A stretch of DNA of 64,000 nt. Source: an uncultured Gammaproteobacteria bacterium. Its GTDB lineage: Bacteria; Patescibacteriota; Microgenomatia; Levybacterales; GWA1-39-11. Made by a program: the position numbers and the translations under genes. The notes under the pieces are model-generated. The model was not told the origin of the DNA and did not search any database. It saw only the letters and a list, made by a program, of their open reading frames with translations. The DNA lies in contig CAYPEN010000002.1 in the NCBI GenBank assembly GCA_964409875.1, positions 210,630-274,629 on the forward strand, written 5' to 3'. Positions 58,438-64,000 of the stretch are shown here, piece by piece (the first letter of the stretch is position 1; each line of letters begins with the position of its first letter).

Positions 58438-60786
58438 TTACGATGTTCCATCGGGAGGCGGTTGGCTACGGTGGGTTGCGATAATATCAGAAGTTACTTC
58501 TCTGATTTTACTTCTAATATCCTCACTCATGCTTGTTGCTCCTGCTATGTTTCCATGGTGTTTTCCCACGGCTTCCCGCACCGCTGCCTCAATTTGCGCC
58601 AGCTCATCGTCACTAAATCCACCAGTTCTTTGAGCCTCATCCCGCACTGAGACATTAATTTCCTGATTGATTATATCTGAGGTCGGAACGGGCGTTGTAG
58701 GTGCTCCTGTCCCTGTTCCGGCAGTGGCTGTTGTCCCCCCCGCCGCTGTAGCGGCAGCTGTCCGCGTTGACGCTGCATGGGCAGCTGCTTCCTCCGGAGT
58801 CATTCTATCCCAATGCGCTTCTGATTTGTGAATGGTGTGTTGACCGGCCCGTGTCTCAATTGTTACCGTGTCATTCTCATTTTCCCAAGCTGTTTCTCCC
58901 CCAATTGTTCCCCTGAACAGGCCGGTTTTCGGATCAGCTGCACCTCTTCTGTCTTTGTATTCATCCAGAGCGCGTCCACTAACCCCCATTCCTTCTGCCG
59001 AGCGCGCATTTGCAGCTAGTGCTGCATTTCTTGCTCTTCGTGTTTTTACACGTTTCCCCATACCAAAGGGAAGTTTGCTTGCGGCGGTTGCAATTGGTGA
59101 AGTAACTGCCTTCACTGCCTTTCCGTTAGAGGCATTTCTAAATCTGTCAAGGTACCATTTCTTGAGTCTCTCAGGAGAGCCATCTTTGGGGTTAGTGTGC
59201 CACAATGCATCTTTCGTCTTTCCGAAAAGCATTCCTCCCACTTTTTGTCCCTGTCCCAAGCTTTGGGCAATTTGCTGTGTGTACTTAAAGCCGGGAGCTT
59301 TGAGAGTCTCACGGACCATCGTAACAACGCTTGGAAGAAGAAGTATTATCCCCAGACCAATAATTGGCCCAAAGCTGTCTATGTCGCCGACATTTCCGAT
59401 AAGGGGTGGCACAAAGGGATGTGCGCTTGCGTCCTGCCCAAATTGTGCGGTGATAATTTTCCCAAGAAGTAAAATGAAAAGTGTTGCGGGAAAAACTGCT
59501 AAATTTGCCACAATATCCCGTAGCCACGAGCCAAATCCGGCACTTGCACCTTTGGGCAAAAGCCCCAGCCCTATCCAAAATGGGGCCAAAATGACATCAA
59601 TGAGAAAAAAGACGTAGGAGCGAAGGAGTAAAAACCACAGCCGGAACATCGCCCACAGGACAGCGATGGTTATTATGATATATGCCAAAAGGCCACCGAT
59701 GACACCTAAAAGTTTGCTTCCGGCAAAAATACCGGCTACAAGACCAATTGTGCCTCCGACGAGTATTCCAGCCGGACCGAAAATAGAGCCAGCGCCTCCA
59801 CCAATCATTGTTCCAACGAGCGATGCGATGACGTGTCCAAACGTGTTGTCAAAAAGAGATGCTAGGATGTGCCCGAAGGGTTTTGCGGCTCCCATCGCAA
59901 TACCACTTGCTCCCCCAAGACCGCCTATTGCCGAAATGGGATTCCCCCCCTGAAGAGAGGAGGGGCTCAAGCCCCCCATATCAACCCCCGAGCCCTGCTG
60001 CGTGTAGCTGTAAAAGAGGTAGTAGACAAGATACATAAGAACATACATCATATCGACAATAAATCCGGCAATTGCGTACGAAAACGTAATAAGGATAATG
60101 CCGATTATTATTTTCGGAAGCTGATTTTGAATGGACATGACGGAGCGTGCATCAACATTGACCCGAAGCATTATTCCAACACCTATGATGATAAAAATGA
60201 TAACCAGGAAAAGGTAGACAATATTTCTAAAAAGTCTCCATAGTCCGATGAGCGGCTTAAGACCCGTATAGCCATATCCTGCTGCAAAAGTGCCGTCGTT
60301 GTCTGCCTTGTCTCCCCCCACATTTACTTGCGTTGCTGCAAGTCCGGTTTTGGTAATACCAAAATGAGAGGCAAGGTCTTTTACATAGGTACTTGAAGAG
60401 ACAGGGATATTAAACGTCATTCCTATCATATTCCCCATAATTCCTATTGCTCCTCCCTGTCCGCCGTCAACGTAGCCTATCTTGTGGGTAGCAGGGTTTA
60501 TTCCCAGACATTTACCTGAAGCAGTCAGCGGGTCATATCCTGTCAAAACGCATGAGATGCTCGTCAAAATTTCTATAAAAACATTTTGTGAATAAGTATG
60601 GAAATTTTGGGGGACGTCACTGTCTGTTTGGAGAGGATACGTATTTTTATTGATCTGCTGAGGAGTTGTGGTGGATTGAGTGGAGGAAGCATTTTGGATA
60701 GGAGGCAAAACCGATTGGGCATGCGCAGAAGGGACGACAACAAGCAAAAGCAGAAAGGAAAAAAGGGCAGTAAGTATTTTTTTCAT
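58438..60786 (-). CDS. VirB6-like polytopic membrane protein
   Basis: Signal peptide; LWRLFRNIVY, LPKIIIGIILITFSYAIAG; many TMs; low-complexity C-tail. Confidence 0.72.
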   Translation of the reverse strand: MKKILTALFSFLLLLVVVPSAHAQSVLPPIQNASSTQSTTTPQQINKNTYPLQTDSDVPQNFHTYSQNVFIEILTSISCVLTGYDPLTASGKCLGINPATHKIGYVDGGQGGAIGIMGNMIGMTFNIPVSSSTYVKDLASHFGITKTGLAATQVNVGGDKADNDGTFAAGYGYTGLKPLIGLWRLFRNIVYLFLVIIFIIIGVGIMLRVNVDARSVMSIQNQLPKIIIGIILITFSYAIAGFIVDMMYVLMYLVYYLFYSYTQQGSGVDMGGLSPSSLQGGNPISAIGGLGGASGIAMGAAKPFGHILASLFDNTFGHVIASLVGTMIGGGAGSIFGPAGILVGGTIGLVAGIFAGSKLLGVIGGLLAYIIITIAVLWAMFRLWFLLLRSYVFFLIDVILAPFWIGLGLLPKGASAGFGSWLRDIVANLAVFPATLFILLLGKIITAQFGQDASAHPFVPPLIGNVGDIDSFGPIIGLGIILLLPSVVTMVRETLKAPGFKYTQQIAQSLGQGQKVGGMLFGKTKDALWHTNPKDGSPERLKKWYLDRFRNASNGKAVKAVTSPIATAASKLPFGMGKRVKTRRARNAALAANARSAEGMGVSGRALDEYKDRRGAADPKTGLFRGTIGGETAWENENDTVTIETRAGQHTIHKSEAHWDRMTPEEAAAHAASTRTAAATAAGGTTATAGTGTGAPTTPVPTSDIINQEINVSVRDEAQRTGGFSDDELAQIEAAVREAVGKHHGNIAGATSMSEDIRSKIREVTSDIIATHRSQPPPDGTS

Positions 60787-60916
60787 AACACTAACAAAAA
60801 TCCTTGGCTACGCTAAGTATTTTCTTCATACAACTAACAAAAATCCTTGGCTACGCTAAGTATTTTTTTCATACAACTAACAAAAATCCTTGGCTACGCT
60901 AAGTATTTTTTTCATA
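60771..60916. repeat. 43-bp tandem repeat, about 3.4 copies, overlapping the virB6-like start
   Basis: Units start at 60771, 60814, 60857, 60900 (TAAGTATTTTTTTCATACAACTAACAAAAATCCTTGGCTACGC). Confidence 0.95.
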
Positions 60917-61035
60917 CCACAGCAATCTCTAGCGAGTAAGTACATTTTAGTATGGGGAAAGAAGCTTGAAAAATCAAGCATATATAGGAAGGGTGTTGTT
61001 GACAATGTCCACACCCGGAAGTACTATATGGGGAC

Positions 61036-61644
61036 ATGAAACGGCTGGTTTTTCTTTTCATAGCAACATTTTTGGTAACCGCTCTTTATGGGAGTGTGTC
61101 GCGTGTAAATGCCCAGGATACAGTAATTGAGACCGATACTCCTTTAGGGAGCGAAATGCCGGCAACTCCAAGTTCTACAATTAATGTAGGACGGGTCAAT
61201 TACGAACTCGCTTATCCGGGAATGCTTCCCGACAATCCATTTTATGTATTAAAAGTAATAAGAGACGGGGTGGTGAAGATGCTTATCAACGACCCATTCA
61301 AAAGAGCAAAATTTAGTTTGCTTAATTCTGATAAGCGGATTTTTGCTGGAAAGCTACTTCTTGATAAAGGAAAAGACGCGTTAGCACTTGAGACAATAGA
61401 AAAGAGTAATAATTATCTTGACGACGCGTTGCGGGCAGTTAGAGATTTAAAGAAGCAAAGCCCGAAGAGTCCTGATACCGAACCCTTTCTTCAACAATTA
61501 AAGACAGCAGTAAAAAAACACAAAGAATTCATGGAGGACATGACCCCCTTTGTAGACGCCAAATTGACCGACCGTTTCTCAGGGCAAAAGGGGCGGCTTG
61601 AGAATGTAAGAAAAACAGTCGAGAGCATGCTGTCTAAGAAGTGA
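61036..61644 (+). CDS. DUF5667-like secreted helical protein
   Basis: Signal peptide; YELAYPGMLPDNPFYVLKVIRD. Confidence 0.75.
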   Translation: MKRLVFLFIATFLVTALYGSVSRVNAQDTVIETDTPLGSEMPATPSSTINVGRVNYELAYPGMLPDNPFYVLKVIRDGVVKMLINDPFKRAKFSLLNSDKRIFAGKLLLDKGKDALALETIEKSNNYLDDALRAVRDLKKQSPKSPDTEPFLQQLKTAVKKHKEFMEDMTPFVDAKLTDRFSGQKGRLENVRKTVESMLSKK

Positions 61645-61774
61645 AGGAAAAACCTCTCATTTGAATATTTTTTTTGAGCATTTTTGATGAGCATTCTGAA
61701 GTTCCCACCCGTGAAAACAAATTTGAGGCAAAAATGAAAATTGGTATAATTTGATACATTTATTAGTAGTTGAC

Positions 61775-61822
61775 TCTATAAATCTAGTGGTTTACATTAG
61801 TTACTGACACTAAATATTGTGT
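61775..61822 (+). promoter_or_regulatory. Tandem NrdR boxes
   Basis: ACACTAAATATTGTGT 61807-61822 and degenerate TCTATAAATCTAGTGG 61775-61790, 32 bp apart, upstream of nrdR-nrdJ. Confidence 0.7.
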
Positions 61823-61906
61823 TTTTTCTTTTCACGAAAAATGAAAAGAAATGAGGCAGAAAAGCAGTATTTAGATGGAGGTACTTTAAAAATACGCTTA
61901 CACTTT

Positions 61907-62356
61907 ATGCATTGTCCCTATTGCAATTCAAACGATACAGAAGTTTCAGAAACCAGAGTTGCCGAAGATGGAAGCAACATCCGAAGAAGAAGACTTTGCG
62001 GTAAATGCAAAAAAAGATTTACCACATATGAGAGGGTTGAGAATATAACGCTTCTTGTTAAGAAAAAAGACAATAGGTCGGAACGGTTTAATAGGGATAA
62101 GTTGCGGGGCGGAATATTAAAGTCGGTTGAAAAGACGACGGTTACTCTTTCTCAAGTCAATCAGATTGTTGATGAAGTTGAAAAAGAGCTTTTGGGGGCG
62201 GATACGGTTGAGGTTGATAGTAAGAAAATCGGAAGGCTCGTTGCCACGCGTCTCAAGAAAATAGATAAAATTGCATATATAAGATTTGCAAGCGTATTTC
62301 AGCACTTTGTTGATATTGAAGATTTTGAAAGAGAAGTGAAGAAATTATTAAAGTAA
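61907..62356 (+). CDS. nrdR: Transcriptional repressor NrdR
   Basis: MHCPYC...IRRRRLCGKCKKRFTTYE; ATP cone; AYIRFASV. Confidence 0.96.
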   Translation: MHCPYCNSNDTEVSETRVAEDGSNIRRRRLCGKCKKRFTTYERVENITLLVKKKDNRSERFNRDKLRGGILKSVEKTTVTLSQVNQIVDEVEKELLGADTVEVDSKKIGRLVATRLKKIDKIAYIRFASVFQHFVDIEDFEREVKKLLK

Positions 62357-62459
62357 ATTTTAGTCATCTTCTGTTTGAATATTTACCCAAACAGAAAGAA
62401 GAAAATATATATTGAAAAGTAGAGTAAAAAGTAGTTATATTAAAATCCGAAAAAATAAT

Positions 62460-64000
62460 ATGGAACTAACAGGAATTCGACAAAAAGTATTTTTAGACAG
62501 ATACGCACTCAAAGATAAAGACGGAACCCTCCTTGAGACTACGCCCCAAGAGATGTGGAAAAGAGTAGCATGGGGAATTTCCCAAAACGAGAAAAAGGCA
62601 GACAGGGCAAAATGGGAAAAAGAGTTTTACCGCGTCATGGAGGATTTTAAATTCGTTCCGGGCGGAAGAATTCTTTCCGGCGCGGGAACGAATTATCAGG
62701 TGACGTATTTTAATTGTTTTGTTATTCCATCTCCACAAGACTCCCGGGACGGCATTTTAGATTCATTAAAACAATTAGTCGAAATTCAAAGCAGGGCAGG
62801 CGGGGTCGGACTCAATTTGTCCTCTCTTCGTCCTCGGGGAGCACGGGTCAAAAAAGTGAACGGCACTTCCTCAGGTCCCGTCACATGGGCCGGTCTTTTT
62901 TCTTACGCAACCCACGACGTCGTGCAACAAGGAGGGAGCAGGCGCGGTGCCACAATGCTCATGCTGTGGGATTGGCATCCCGATATCGAGGAATTTATCA
63001 CCGTCAAAGAGGATCTCTCAAAAATTAACGGCGCGAATTTGTCGGTCTGCGTGTCTGACGCATTTATGGAAGCGGTCAAAGCGGACCGTGACTGGGAGCT
63101 TGTGTATCCTGATATCGATGACCCTGAGTATGATGCAAAATGGAATGGGGAAATCGACCAGTGGAGAGCGCTTGGAAAAGCGGTCAAGGTATACAAAACC
63201 GTGAAGGCGCGTGAATTGTGGGACCTTATTTGCAAAGCAGCATGGAATAGTGCCGAGCCGGGACTTCATTTCATGGAGCGTTCGAACAAAAGGTCCAACA
63301 CCTGGTATTTTGAACGGCTTATCGCAACCAACCCTTGCGGGGAACAACCATTGGGGGCATGGGCGGTTTGTAATTTGGGGGCGATGAACTTGTCTGCCTA
63401 TGTGAAGGGTGCGGATTTGACGAAAGATATAGCAGGGGAATTCGATTTCGAATCTTTTGGGAAAGACGTTAAAGTTGCGATGCGGCTTTTGGATAATGTT
63501 ATCGACCAGACGTATTATTTCTTCAAGGAAAACGAAAAAGTCGCAAAAGAAATCCGCCGCACGGGCCTGGGGATAATGGGCCTTGGAGACGCGCTTATCA
63601 AAATGCAGCTTGCATACGGCTCGGAAGAGTCGCTTCCTGTCATTGAGAAAATATTCAAAACATTAAGGGACAGTGCGTATGATGCGTCCTCCGATATCGC
63701 AAAAGAGAAGGGGTCGTTCCCTAAATTTATCAAGGAAAAATATCTTGAAGGGTATCACATTAAAGCGCTTCCAAAAACCATCCGCGAGAAAATTGCAAAA
63801 CAGGGAATTAGAAACGCCGTCCTTTTGACAATTGCTCCTACCGGTACGACGTCTCTTGTCTCAGGGGTCTCATCGGGGGTCGAGCCTGTCTATGAATTCT
63901 CATTCTTAAGAAGATGGAGAGGCGGAGAGGAAGTAATATACCACCCATTATTTGAGGAATGGAAGAAGTCACATCCCGAGTCGGAGAAGCCCGGGTATTT
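62460..64000 (+). CDS. nrdJ: Class II (B12-dependent) ribonucleotide reductase, truncated by the window edge (not in ORF track)
   Basis: MELTGIRQKVFLDRYALKD; FVPGGRIL, FNCFV, QGGSRRGA, TNPCGEQPL...CNLG, TIAPTGT. Confidence 0.9.
   Translation, partial: MELTGIRQKVFLDRYALKDKDGTLLETTPQEMWKRVAWGISQNEKKADRAKWEKEFYRVMEDFKFVPGGRILSGAGTNYQVTYFNCFVIPSPQDSRDGILDSLKQLVEIQSRAGGVGLNLSSLRPRGARVKKVNGTSSGPVTWAGLFSYATHDVVQQGGSRRGATMLMLWDWHPDIEEFITVKEDLSKINGANLSVCVSDAFMEAVKADRDWELVYPDIDDPEYDAKWNGEIDQWRALGKAVKVYKTVKARELWDLICKAAWNSAEPGLHFMERSNKRSNTWYFERLIATNPCGEQPLGAWAVCNLGAMNLSAYVKGADLTKDIAGEFDFESFGKDVKVAMRLLDNVIDQTYYFFKENEKVAKEIRRTGLGIMGLGDALIKMQLAYGSEESLPVIEKIFKTLRDSAYDASSDIAKEKGSFPKFIKEKYLEGYHIKALPKTIREKIAKQGIRNAVLLTIAPTGTTSLVSGVSSGVEPVYEFSFLRRWRGGEEVIYHPLFEEWKKSHPESEKPGY

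Noticed and set aside
58868-59617. 249-aa plus-strand ORF, and similar ORFs at 49080-49784 and 35291-35845
   Set aside because: Lie wholly or mostly antisense to well-supported genes and have no motifs.
39497-60786. Conjugative ICE interpretation of the virB4 locus
   Set aside because: No relaxase, integrase or boundaries in the window; it abuts dnaN and looks host-like in composition. Not excluded genome-wide.
60771-60916. Possible CRISPR array
   Set aside because: Units are contiguous with no unique spacers, and there are no cas genes; it is a tandem repeat.
1-64000. Alternative genetic code (TGA = Gly, as in Gracilibacteria/Absconditabacteria)
   Set aside because: Conserved genes are full length under code 11, and several end in TGA with ATGA overlaps.

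Overview
64 kb of a bacterial chromosome (standard code, TGA = stop). Gene content and style suggest Patescibacteria/CPR, probably Microgenomates (inference). Left to right: comM, dnaG-rpoD, then a tRNA-Asn(GTT) interrupted by a 208-nt group I intron. A ~15.1-kb AT-rich element (5729-20868) is integrated at that tRNA's 3' end. Its large serine recombinase gene appears split by its own attachment site: the missing in-frame C-terminus lies 15 kb away at the right border. The cargo is a small regulatory module, a CsoR-controlled Cu/Zn resistance operon and a run of HEPN-like orphan genes. Next come a VOC/SRPBCC/ArsR cluster, truB, and a cyoABCDE quinol-oxidase operon with both canonical K-proton-channel residues replaced by Gln. 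These are followed by msrA, a CIRCE-preceded clpB lacking its N-domain, and dnaA-oriC-dnaN with DnaA boxes and trios. An origin-proximal, relaxase-less T4SS-like locus follows (VirB4, PrgI, wall hydrolases, four pilin-like genes, VirB6-like). It is interleaved with large orphan proteins and preceded by a 43-bp tandem array of mini-ORFs. The window ends with nrdR-nrdJ (truncated). All family calls come from motif recognition by eye; no database searches were run.
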